64,000 bases of DNA, taken from the NCBI GenBank assembly GCA_964016885.1, contig OZ024753.1, forward strand, positions 11,780,001-11,844,000, in the 5' to 3' direction. The notes under the pieces are model-generated. The model did no database searches. It had not been told where the DNA came from and saw only the letters and a list, made by a program, of their open reading frames with translations. Below, piece after piece: positions 52,950-64,000 of this stretch; positions within the stretch are counted from its first letter, which is position 1; each line of letters starts with the position of its first letter. The position numbers and the translations under genes were made by a program. The DNA comes from Eledone cirrhosa. Lineage: Eukaryota.

Positions 52950-53561
52950 TTATTAAATGTGGAATTATCCACTTTATAAATAAATGTGTTGATATTATAC
53001 TGAAAGAATCTCTTCAGCATTTTCTCCTGAAAAATCTTTGTCCTCTCTACTATTTGTTTATATCTCTCTCTCTCTATATATATATATCTTTATCTATCTA
53101 TCTATCTATATATATCTATATATATTTATATCTATATGTATCTATATATCTATCTATATTATCTATATCTATATAATCGAAGAAATTGAAGAAAGAGAAG
53201 CAAACCGTCAAAATATATTTATAAGATATATAACATGTTACGCCCAAGTTGGACTCCTCAGAGGCTCACAGGAAAGTAGAAGGGTTAATTAGGAACACTG
53301 AATTAAAACCTTTAGGATTTAGCTTCAGGCATTGCTGTATACAGATATTTATAGAAATTTCGTATTTCTAAAGAAATACGGTATGTTTACAGGTAAACAT
53401 TTAGGAAGCCGTATCTATGCAAAAATCACCGAGACTAACGCCCTCTGGTGGTGTCCAGTATATATATATATATAATGAGTCTGGAGCTAGCTGTTGATAC
53501 GGCAAGAGCTCTACAGTCGGGTCCCGCCTCTATAATATATATACACACACACACACACACA

Positions 53562-53844
53562 CTAGATGAAGGCGGCCTCTTCTCCCTTTTTTCTGTTACA
53601 CACACACACATTCTCGCAACAAATGTCATTCATTTTTTCTCTCTCTATGTCCATCTCTTTCGCTTGGCGCTCCACGTCTCTGTATAGGAGGGCAACGTCA
53701 TACCTATCTGTCACTGATAAACACAGCGTTCCCCCTTTTCTCTCTACCAAAGTACATATATCTCGCTTGTTGCTTTGTCTCTTTATATAAAGTGAGCGTG
53801 ACGGACGGACAGACTGGCAGAGGGCGCTTTTATTATAAAATAGA
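53562..53844 (-). mobile_element. Short non-autonomous Helitron-like element
   Basis: Minus strand A|TCTATTTTATAATAAAAG...GTCTGTCCGTCCGTC...GAAGAGGCCGCCTTC-AT-CTAG|T: 5' TC, 3' CTAG, A/T target and small subterminal hairpin. Confidence 0.55.
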
Positions 53845-54273
53845 TATACAAATTAAGGGAGCGTTTGGAAATGTGAAATTCTTCATAGTAAATTTAACAA
53901 TTCCAAACGCAAGAAGACTGTGACAGAAATCGATTGGTATGAATAATAGCCTAGACAATCGGATGTATTATCCATAGCGACGGAAAATGTCGAAGTCCAT
54001 AGCGACGGAAAATGTCGAAGTACATAGCCCCCGATTCTTCGATGCTAATACAGGCCACATGTATCCATCCATAGGGGGTATTTTACCATGTTTGTGGCAA
54101 TAAAAATAAGAAACAATAAGCGCATTTGACTAATATAGATCTGAATCCACCAATGTATATTTAATCTCTTATTACAAACGTAAATTTTGATTCCCATAAT
54201 ATATAGATATATATACGTGGGAAAGTGAAAAATCGGAGAATAGACCGTTAAAACATGTTTATTTAAAATATCA

Positions 54274-54310
54274 CCTACGTACGTTTCGCCCAGTTGGGCT
54301 TCTCAAGGGC
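54274..54310 (-). ncRNA. Minimal type I hammerhead-like motif, U3-A8 variant (family C element ~54215-54325)
   Basis: Minus strand CC-TTGAGAA-GCCC-AACT-GGGC-GAAAC-GTAC-GTA-GG; downstream flank homologous to 12808-12865. Confidence 0.62.
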
Positions 54311-54347
54311 ATAAACAATCACAAGTGTTCCTTATATATATATATAT

Positions 54348-54546
54348 GTAGAAAAATGTTTAACCCCGACGGCAGAGCTTAAGCCGTTTCGACGGGTATT
54401 TCTGGACTGAGTCTAAAAATAGCCGTCGAAACGGCTTGAGCTCTGCCGTCGGTGTTAAACATTTTCCTATTACCCACTCTACTACCCTAAGTATTGAGTA
54501 CTCTGGTGCGTTATGGTCCATCTGGTTCCTTACCACACTTCCTTCG

Positions 54547-54550
<4 letters not shown>
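54348..54550 (+). mobile_element. Family A short PLE-derived element, fold-back copy 3
   Basis: Arms ~54349-54408/54412-54469, conserved tail, (TA)n flanks. Confidence 0.8.
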
Positions 54551-54580
<30 letters not shown>

Positions 54581-54689
54581 GGAAAAAAATGAAACGAAAT
54601 TACATACTTATATTTATATATATATATATGTTATTGATTGTCTTTCTAACAGATTTGGTTTTGACTATATATATATATATATACGTAAT

Positions 54690-54861
54690 TCCGGGTTGAA
54701 TCGGAGGTAACCACAGTAAGTAAGGTACTCAATACATTGCAGAGTATAAACGTTTTAATATAGATGAGATTCTACAGGACTAGAACTGTTTCATTCTTTA
54801 GAAATCATCATCTGATGATTTATAAAGAATGAAACAGTTCTAATCCTGTAGAATCTCATCT
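54690..54861. mobile_element. Family B fold-back element with hammerhead core
   Basis: Palindrome 54762-54861; CTGATGA...GAAT-GAAA-CAG-TTCTAATC-CTG-TA at 54812-54850. Confidence 0.72.
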
Positions 54862-54899
54862 CATCTATATATATATATATATATATATAACGTCTAAAG

Positions 54900-55110
54900 T
54901 CTGTCTAAAGTTTGTCTTAAGTCAGAAGGCTCATTTGGGCGGTACTTATCCCGGTTTCATGGCGTGAAGTTACTGAGAGTCAAGACTCCCCCCTGGACAG
55001 TATACTGGAACAACGTGAAGTGAAGTGTTTTGCTCAAGAACACAACACGCATCCGTGGAATCGAACCCACGACATTATGATCGTAAGTTCACTAGGCCAC
55101 GTGCCTCCAC
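54900..55110 (-). mobile_element. Family-2 (CORE-like) SINE
   Basis: AAGTGTTTTGCTCAAGAACACAACAC, GGAATCGAACCC (reverse B-box). Confidence 0.72.
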
Positions 55111-55196
55111 GTATACACGTGTGCGTGTATATATGCAAAGAGTGAGAGCGAGAGAGAATGAGAAAGAGAGAGAAAGAAAGAGAGAGAGAGAAAGAA

Positions 55197-55227
<31 letters not shown>

Positions 55228-55248
55228 AAGAGAGAAAGAGAGAGAGAA

Positions 55249-55283
<35 letters not shown>

Positions 55284-56378
55284 TTAAATATATTTAGTAT
55301 CGTTTCACACCTATATATATTCTACCTGCTGTAATTATTGTTTTACCATTAATTACAATCAGTGTCGACAATTTTGCTACCACTCCTGTCGCCATCATCC
55401 TTCAGCGACCATTCCCGTGTCTTCGCTCTTTCTGATTTCCACCCCGTTGCATGTCATTCCTTACAACGTCAGAAGGATCAAATGTCGCTTCTATCAAAAA
55501 CGTATTCCATTTCACTCTAAGACGTGGTGCTCCCTAAAAATATATATTTTATTGGTCGACAAAGAAATCTAACAAACTAGCTATTAATAACTCCTAATAG
55601 TTGAAGATGTAGACTGGCCCTTTGCCAAGTAAATATAGTGATACATTTAATATCAACTTATGGTGGCTCTCAATCAACTTGTCACAACAATTGTCTTTAA
55701 ACATTCGACAATTTCCTATTTTCTTTGGTTTAATCTTCAACTGAATATAAACACCATAATACTTCAATTCTTCCATGTATTTTTATAATAGTTTCCATTT
55801 TATAATTTATTCTAGTCTCTTGCATTACACATTACTTTATAATATTCTATTTTGTTGCTATTTGTTTATTTATCTAAATTTATCTTGTGGAATCTTTACA
55901 TGCGTGCTTCCATTGATAGTCGTTGTTAGACTTCGAAGTAGCTCGATAATCTAGGAATTTCTTATAGAAAAATTAAGAGGAAAGAGAACAAAAGCCAAAA
56001 GTATCGTATAATACAAATCATACACAAAGACGCACACGTACACGTATATATATCCACCACACACACACACGAATTAAAACGACAAAAACAGTAACAAGAA
56101 CAGCAACAAGAACAACAGAATTAATAAAATAATCGTCATTTTATTGTGCTATGTATATGACAGATGAGATTTGAAACGTGGCATACGAGCAGTCGTGTGT
56201 GTAAACAGAACAAAATAATTTTCGCGTTGTACGAGACAGGTAAAGATGATGAAATTGGTTTCTAATTAAGGCACAAGGACAACAATTTTTGGTGGGGAGG
56301 GTAAAGTCGATTAAATCGACCTCAATGCATTACTGGTACTTTATGTTATCAAACCTCTAAGGATGAAGAGATGTGAGG

Positions 56379-57030
56379 CTAAACTCCGCCAGCTGCAGAC
56401 TGTGCATCAACACGAGATATTCTTCTCCACAAAGTTCGATCACCAACAGCAGAGTTTAAAGAGCAAAGATCAAGTCCAGTCCATAAGTTGACATTGTCAA
56501 GCCATCGTTTTGGCTGCCGGCCTCTGCTTTTCTTACCAGCCAACGTTCCTTCCAGGAATATATAATACCTTTCGATCACCAACAGCAGAGTTTCAAGAGC
56601 AAAGATCAAGTCCAGTCCATAAGTTGACATTGCGAGCTATCGTTTTGGCTGCCGGCCTCTGCTTCTCTTACCAGCCAACGTTCCTTCCAGGAATATATAA
56701 TACCTATCGATCACCAACAGCAGAGTTTCAAGAGCAAAGATCATGCCTAGTCCATAAGTTGACATTGTCAAGCTATCGTTTTGGCTGCCGGCCTCCTCTT
56801 CTCTACCAACCAACCTTCCTTCCAGGAATATATAATACCTTTCGATCACCAACAGCAGAGTTTAAAGAGCAAAGATTTAAGTCCAGTCCATAAGTTGACA
56901 TTGTCAAGCCATCGTTTTGGCTGCCGGCCTCTGCTTCTCTTCCCATCCAACCTTCCTTCCAGGCATAACCTACTCACACCACGAGTTGAGCTTTTTATAT
57001 GACCGTATAGTTTGAGTACTCTTGACAATT
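56379..57030 (-). mobile_element. RTE LINE 3' end with a ~135-bp internal segment amplified four times
   Basis: LKLYGHI...LEGRLDGKRSRGRQPKRWLDNV...DRTLWR; TCGATCACCAACAGCAGAG at 56436, 56572, 56707 and 56842; related scrap at ~22300-22400. Confidence 0.85.
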
Positions 57031-57114
57031 GATGTAGTTCAGATAATTGTAGTTTAGATAATTATAGTTCAGTGAGCTGCTCAACATTAGCTTTGCCGTT
57101 CATTCTTATAATTT

Positions 57115-57412
57115 GCTAACCTCGGCAGGATTTGAATTTAGGTCGTAAAGGGCCATAACTAGATGCCATAATAAATGTTGTACAACGCTCCCCCGATTCT
57201 GTAAATCCCAAAGATAATATTGGTTTCTGATTTAGGCAGAAGGCAAGTCGATTAAATCGATCTCAATTCATTACTAGTCCTTTATTATATCAACCCCATA
57301 AGTATGTAAGGCAAAGCTAACTTCGGCAGGATTTGAAATCAGATCGTAAAGAGGCCTAATCCTATGCCTTAAAGCATGTTTTCCGACGCTCCACCGATTA
57401 CTGCCTATCCAC
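57115..57412 (-). mobile_element. Two diverged family-1 SINEs
   Basis: CTCGGCAGGATTTGAA twice; reverse core. Confidence 0.7.
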
Positions 57413-57539
57413 AAGATAATATTAACTGAAAGGTTGTTGCCAAACTATTTTTTTAAAAATTCACTCTGGGTTTGATAGGTGAGGCAACATCCTTTAAGTT
57501 TTTCTTTTTTTTTTCGTGCATATAAGACTGTCAAGGTAT

Positions 57540-57810
57540 AGTCGCTACTTCCTCGAATTTAGAGATCAGAGATCCGATGCTATGGGCAAGTGGTTAGAAT
57601 GTTTCAGAAAAGAACCACTGGACAGATTTTACGAGCAAAACCAACCGATAGGGAATCCAAAGGTAGACCCCGAGCTAGATGGTTGGATAACATACTTGAG
57701 CTTGGCAGCTTAAGCTTGGGTATCCAGCCGCATCACGTGTAGACGGTTGCGTCTGATAGAACCCGCTGCAAGGGGTGTTTGAGAACTCTGGCCCCATGAC
57801 CCTCTCAAGA
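57540..57810 (+). mobile_element. RTE-clade LINE 3' end remnant
   Basis: TGQILRAKPTDRESKGRPRARWLDNILELG; homologous to 21960-22140. Confidence 0.65.
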
Positions 57811-58474
57811 ACACAAAATACAACATACCAGATTTGTTTTGTGTTAAAATCCAATTCAGAATATCACCGGTCGATGATACATGTACTTGACTGGTATCGC
57901 ATGGAGGAGCGATCCGGAAATGTTGGAAACGGTAATGTCTGGCAGGAGCCGCTTAAAGTAGTATGTGAGGAGTTTGCGCTCACGTCTCTTTCAGGAAACA
58001 TTGGACGAAGAAGTATATATATATATATACGCGTGTTCAAATTGATAATACGAGTAACGGTTGATTGGCTTCTTTATCAATAGAAATATTGATAAACACA
58101 CCAGAAGTCTGACAAATGTAAAGTAAAACAATACAGATAGCTGGAATGTTTGCACACAATACGAACATCTTCCAACAAAATTCAGTGGGTATCTATCCGT
58201 GATACTCAACAGGTTTTAAAACCAACATGATACTATTTGGCCATACGATATGTTATGGCCAAGCTAATAAAGATATTAACCAGTAAAACTCAAAATAAAG
58301 ATACATATGCGGTGAGAAAAAATTGAGGTACGTCAAAGGAAAGATTTATAAATAATATAATTCAGGCAAATGTCGGGGAAAAAACTATGAATAGGTTTTG
58401 CTATTGTTCTGAGTCCAGAATTGAAATAGCAATGACGAATTAGAAGAGGATGCAACATTGTTTCGGGGGCGGGA

Positions 58475-58488
58475 CATATATATATATA

Positions 58489-58522
<34 letters not shown>

Positions 58523-58540
58523 TATATATATATATATATA

Positions 58541-58583
<43 letters not shown>

Positions 58584-58618
58584 ATATATATGCATATATA
58601 TATATATATATATATATA

Positions 58619-58654
<36 letters not shown>

Positions 58655-58815
58655 TATATGTATATATATATGCATATATATATATATGCATATATATATA
58701 TATATATGCATATATATATATATATATGCATATATATATATGCATATATATATATGCATATATATATATGCATATATATATATATATATATATGCATATA
58801 TATATACACATATGC

Positions 58816-58846
<31 letters not shown>

Positions 58847-59174
58847 CATATATATACACATATATATATATACACATATATGCATATATATATATATGCA
58901 TATATATATATATGCATATATATATATGCATATATATATATGCATATATATATATGCATATATATATATATGCATATATATATATATATGCATATATATA
59001 TATGCATATATATATATATATGCATATATATATATGCATATATATATATGCATATATATATATGCATATATATATATGCATATATATATGCATATATATA
59101 TATATGCATATATATATATATGCATATATATATATGCATATATATATATGCATATATATATATATATATGCATA
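58475..59174. repeat. Self-complementary (TA)nTGCA microsatellite
   Basis: ATATATGCATATAT units read the same on both strands. Confidence 0.93.
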
Positions 59175-59606
59175 CGGATTGAGGGAGGCGAGGCGGTGTG
59201 GTTACTGATAACGAGTGTTAGACGGTAAGGCGACACAAATAAGAGATAGTTTCCCTTCGTTAGCTGTTTACTACGGGTCATGGATGTTTCGGCGCATTAT
59301 AAACAATACATCTATACGTAGCGCGCCCATAGCCTTTTATTTATCAAAATTCCACGAGGGAAAGAAGCGACAGCAGCGAAGAAAGGGAATGAAACATAAG
59401 AAAAAAAGAAAAAAAAAAGTAAACATGCGGATAGAATGGGGAACACGGGACAATGGCACATGTGAGTAACCGAAGAGAAAATAGATCAAGTTTAAAAAAA
59501 GCCGTTCGGTTTAAGCCTAGGGGCCATAATATCAGAGGAGATAGGTAAACATTCTTGACCCGTAGTAAACAGCTGACGAAGGGAAACTGTCCATCTCGTG
59601 TTTGTG

Positions 59607-59655
<49 letters not shown>

Positions 59656-59940
59656 AGGGAGAGAAAGAGAGTGGAATTGGAAATTATTTTTAATTCTTTT
59701 TAATTGCAATATTCAACATTTAATAAGATGGATTACACTGATACATCGAAACCGGTTATATTTTATATACATAATAAAACTCCTTTTTTAAAAAAAAATT
59801 TCATCTCATTTTTTCAATAATGTACTTTGACGGATCAAAGAAGAAAAAAAGAAAAACAGATTCTTTAAATATATTTTCCTTGCTATTTCCAATTTCCCCT
59901 TTTTTCTCTATCACCTTTACTTTGTATAGAACCTTACTTC

Positions 59941-59989
<49 letters not shown>

Positions 59990-59992
<3 letters not shown>

Positions 59993-60125
59993 GTGTCGGG
60001 TTCAATCGGGGGTAAACACAGTAAGTAAGGTGCTCAATACATAGAGTATAAATATTTAATATAAAAATGGGTTCTACAGGAGTAGCACTGTTTCAATTGA
60101 AGGAAATCATCAGGAAAGCCGACTG
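59990..60125 (-). mobile_element. Family B element with an intact hammerhead core (60070-60120)
   Basis: Minus strand GGCTTTC-CTGATGA-TTTCCTTCAATT-GAAA-CAG-TGCTACTC-CTG-TA-GAACC; tail matches 54690-54760. Confidence 0.68.
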
Positions 60126-60813
60126 ACGGCTATATTTGGCATATAGATTTTCTGACGATAGAGTTGCTTTTCTGTTCATGAAAAGGAGGATATTGCCATA
60201 TTTCCTGTTATCGTGACGTCTCTAGATATTACTGTCATTGTTATTGTTCTTCCTTATTTCATTTGACACTGAAACCGCAGTAGGCGTTTGTTTTCAATGT
60301 CTGCTACATTATTAAATGAAGCTGTATCTTCCGAGATAAGCAAAGACAAATATTTTTCCAAATGATTTGTTTCAAGATATCAGGAGGCTACTTTGTTTTT
60401 GTTTTTGTGTTTATAAACGGTAAATCCCGTTAGGTTTTCTATGAAGCTTTATTCGGCATCTCTCTGAATTTAATTAAAGTTACACTACTCATTGAATGAA
60501 ATAATTATTCATTGCCTGTTGTTTGTAGTTAGCATGTCAGGTTCTATGAACAATAGGTTGAATCAAACTTAAATATAATAATATTTATGGGGATTCTGTT
60601 TTTAGATTTTTGAAGTTAAAAATAATCTATATTTCTACAACAACAAATATGCTATCTAATAAACTAAATGCTAATTCATTCGTCATTGCTTTGACAAATC
60701 ATGTCATTGAAATATTTCACGAATGAACTCAGAACAATACCAAAACTTATTCAGATACAAGGATATATCTGAAAACAAATTATAATTCAGACTCCATCAA
60801 ATTTATCCCTCAC

Positions 60814-60850
<37 letters not shown>

Positions 60851-60852
<2 letters not shown>

Positions 60853-61160
60853 TCATTTCATCATCATCATTTCATTTTACGTCCGCTTTTTCCCTGCTTG
60901 CAAGGGTGGGACGGGAACTGATACTGGCTTGAATTCTACAGCTGGATGCCCTTCCTAACACCAGCCTCAATTACAGTGAGTGCTGGGTGCTTTTTTGCTG
61001 TGGCACCTCCACGACCTCATTTCTACAGCTGAGTAAACTGGAGCAATGTGAAATAAAGTGTCTTGCTCAAGGAAACAACACATCACCCGGTCTGAGAATT
61101 GAACTCACAACCTTTCGATTGCAAGGCCAATGCTCTAACCACTAAGCCATGTGCCTCCAT
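60851..61160 (-). mobile_element. Family-2 SINE head and core joined to an RTE-type tail ending in (ATG)n
   Basis: AAAGTGTCTTGCTCAAGG, TTGAACTC, CTAACCACTAAGCCA (reverse A-box); CTGGATGCCCTTCCTAAC and TTTACGTCCGCTTTTTCC tail. Confidence 0.7.
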
Positions 61161-61305
61161 ATATATATATATTAAAATAACAGATTAAAGTTTTAATATT
61201 TTTAATATTTTAATAAATATTTGCTCTACAGTTCTTATATATAGGGTGTTCGGGATACATTTGCTGGAGTCTAAATTATAATTTGAGTGTATGTGTGTAT
61301 ATATA

Positions 61306-62041
61306 CGAAGGTTGGTTGAAAGGTACATAGGCTGACTATGAAGAAGTGATGCTAAAGCTGTGAAATGTTGCATGCATTAATTTATCCCCCTCTTACCAAT
61401 ACTTGCATTGTTTTTTACAGGGACAATATTGAAAAATGAACCTCATTTGGTTATTCCATGAGAGTCTCTTGGTCAGCCTATGAAGGAGCGATGCTAGTGC
61501 TGTGAAATCTTGCATGCATTAATTTCAACTCTTCTTATTAATAACTGCATTATTTCTTTCCAGGGACTATGTTGAAAGATAAACCTCATTTGGTCATTCC
61601 ATGAGAGTCTCTTGGTCAGCCTATGAAGGAGCGATGCTAGTGCTGTGAAATCTTGCATGCATTAATTTCAACTCTTCTTATTAATAACTGCATTGTTTCT
61701 TTCCAGGGACTATGTTGAAAGATAAACCTCATTTGGTCATTCCATGAGAGTCTCTTGGTCAGCCTATGAAGGAGCGATGCTAGTGCTGTGAAATCTTGCA
61801 TGCATTAATTTCAACTCTTCTTATTAATAACTGCATTGTTTCTTTCCAGGGACTATGTTGAAAGATAAACCTCATTTGGTTATTCCATGAGAGTCTCTTG
61901 GTCAGCCTATGATCTTTTCAGCTGACCCTCGCAAAATACCAGCATCGTTTCTTTACAGGGATTATGTTGAATAAGAAACCTCATTTAGTGATTCCATAGG
62001 AGTATCTTGGTCAGCCTATGAAATGTTTCAGCCGAGCCTCG
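61306..62041. mobile_element. Mariner-type MITE with a 143-bp internal tandem amplification and a duplicated right end
   Basis: TA|CGAAGGTTGGTTGAAAGGTACATAGGCTGAC versus GTCAGCCTATGA.CTTTTCAGCTGACCCTCG (~61931) and a second end ...GCCTCG|TA (62041); GGTCAGCCTA at 61471, 61614, 61757 and 61900. Confidence 0.8.
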
Positions 62042-62904
62042 TACATCTAATGACGCTTCTTCAGGTAACTGTATATTATATGCAATAATGAATTCTTTCT
62101 GCACATGTTTTCAACTGCCCCCCGTGGCCCAAAAAGATATAAAATCAAAAATGAAAAATTATAAATTATTATTTTGTATATAACCACTGCATTGTTCAGA
62201 ATGTGAATGAAACCAAAATAGTATTAATTTATTTTCTTTGGACCAAAGCAACAAATATATTTGAATAACTCGAACTTGTTTAATCTTGGTGAATTGAAAT
62301 TTATATCCTGTTGAAATAATACTTTATAATAGTTATAAAATAAAGTCTGTTTGAATTGTTTATGAATCAATTAAAACAATTATCAAATTTGAAGAAATTG
62401 AAATGGAGATAGCAAGGTGGTATTATTTTCTATAATTTTGCACATTTATTACGTTTTTAATGATATTTCACAAGGCAGAATACAAAGTAATTGGAATCTT
62501 TGGAAAGAAACAAAAACAAAGAAATTCCGAGCAAAGTAAGAAAACAACAAAAACATGTTTTACGATCTTCATAGCAACTGGCTAGTTCTAGAATTAATCT
62601 TTAAAGACAGACGAAAAGAAATTCTAATGAAATATCCCTTGTCATATAAAAAAAAAAATCGTTGGCATTTGTCTGTAAACAAAATCCGAAACAAATACGA
62701 ACAAAAAACGTATTGTATCTTTATTCACAGATGGTTATATAATGATTTACAAATTAACAAAACAACAACACTGTTGTTTTCAATGTGAGCGATGATTTTG
62801 TAAAAACGGCATAAGACTTGGACAAAAGATCTTGCAGTATCTAGTTAAAGTCTGAGTTCTATGTTCAAAGCTATTAGTAAATTTTATCTGATATAAATCA
62901 GTCA

Positions 62905-63570
62905 TGAGAGGCTGTGAATTAGTAGAGGCACTAGAACGTCGGATAGAATGCTGAGCGGTATTTGTCTCGGCTCTCTGAGTTCTAAGTCTGTCGAGATCAA
63001 CTATGTTTTCATCCATGCGAGGTCGATAATATAAAATATCAGTCCAGTTCTGGGGTCGATTCTTTCTCCATATTTCTTTCTCATTTCCATTCTCTCCCTC
63101 TCTGTCTCTCTTTCCCTCTCTCTCTCTATCTCTCACTCACTGTCTCCTTCAGTATAGATATATGGAGGTCAACTTTCCCGTTCATCCATTCGAGGTCGAT
63201 ATAAAATGTACCAGTCAAGTACTGAGGTCGATTCTTCCTCCATATTTCTTTCTCATTTCCATTCTCTCCCTCTCTATCCCTCTCTCTCTCTCTATCTCTC
63301 ACTCACCGTCTCCTTCAGTATAAATATGGAGGTCAATATAAAATGTACCAGTCAAGTACTGGGTCGATTCTTCCTCCATATTTCTTTCTCATCTCCATTC
63401 TTTCCCTCTCTCTCTCGCTCTCACTCACTGTCTCCTTCAGTATAAATATGGAGGTCAACTTTCCCGTTCATTCATTCGAGGTCGATATAAAATGTACCAG
63501 TCAAGTACTGGAGTCGATGATTCTTCTATAACTCTTTCTCAGTTACATTCTCTCCCTCTCTATCTTCCCT
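62905..63570 (+). repeat. Diverged family-1 SINE followed by tandem SINE-core/(CT)n chimeric units
   Basis: GAGGTCGATATAAAATGTACCAGTCAAGTACT..GGTCGATTCTTC plus a CT tract, repeated 3-4 times. Confidence 0.75.
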
Positions 63571-63944
63571 TGAAAGAAGGTTTTTGTACTCAGACCTAGA
63601 GAGGCGATGGGTTTCGTCAGGTTTAAAACATTCCCTAGAAATGTATGTCAACACACGGCCAACCACTTCCTCAGGTGTTACGGCACCAGACAGGCATACA
63701 ATCGAGACATGAATGTTAAGAAATACCAACTAATCTGTGTATATACTCGACAGTTCTTTTTTATTCATTGCGTCAAATACTTAAAGTTTGATTATATGTA
63801 CATGGTTATTATAGAGTGTGTATGTTGTTTGTATTGAGTGAAATGCACTTAATACTGTCCATAAATATTAGAAAGTGTTAAGATACTGTAGGACATATAG
63901 ACATATCGCTGATAGTATATATAGAGACATGAAATTAGCACTAT

Positions 63945-63978
<34 letters not shown>

Positions 63979-64000
63979 ATTATATATATAATATATATAT

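Noticed and set aside
53969-54021. Short tandem duplications (also ~31553-31594 and ~32667-32720)
   Set aside because: Ordinary 21-25-bp slippage duplications with no further structure

Overview
Repeat-saturated eukaryotic non-coding DNA, most likely from an octopod cephalopod; this is inferred from the tRNA-derived Nin/Deu-type and CORE-type SINEs, RTE LINE tails and very large (TA)/(CA) arrays. No complete protein-coding gene is supported, and nearly all long ORFs in the track are translations of simple repeats. One plausible first coding exon (signal-peptide-like, phase-1 GTAAGT donor) lies at 1478-1568 on the minus strand, so much of the window may be upstream or intergenic. Recognisable mobile-element coding remnants are two Naiad-type Penelope-like (PLE) fragments (one with an open GIY-YIG endonuclease), three CRE-like restriction-endonuclease retrotransposon fragments (two forming a large inverted duplication), a mariner transposase fragment and several RTE 3' ends. 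There are also mariner- and piggyBac-type MITEs and a short Helitron-like element. The most interesting signal is a dense set (about 10) of short elements, mostly beside (TA)n tracts, that carry type I hammerhead-ribozyme cores. These include U3-A8 covariants and long-loop-II forms. Many are folded back into copy-specific palindromes, and one abuts the Naiad endonuclease ORF head-to-head. All assignments were made by eye, and repeat boundaries are approximate.
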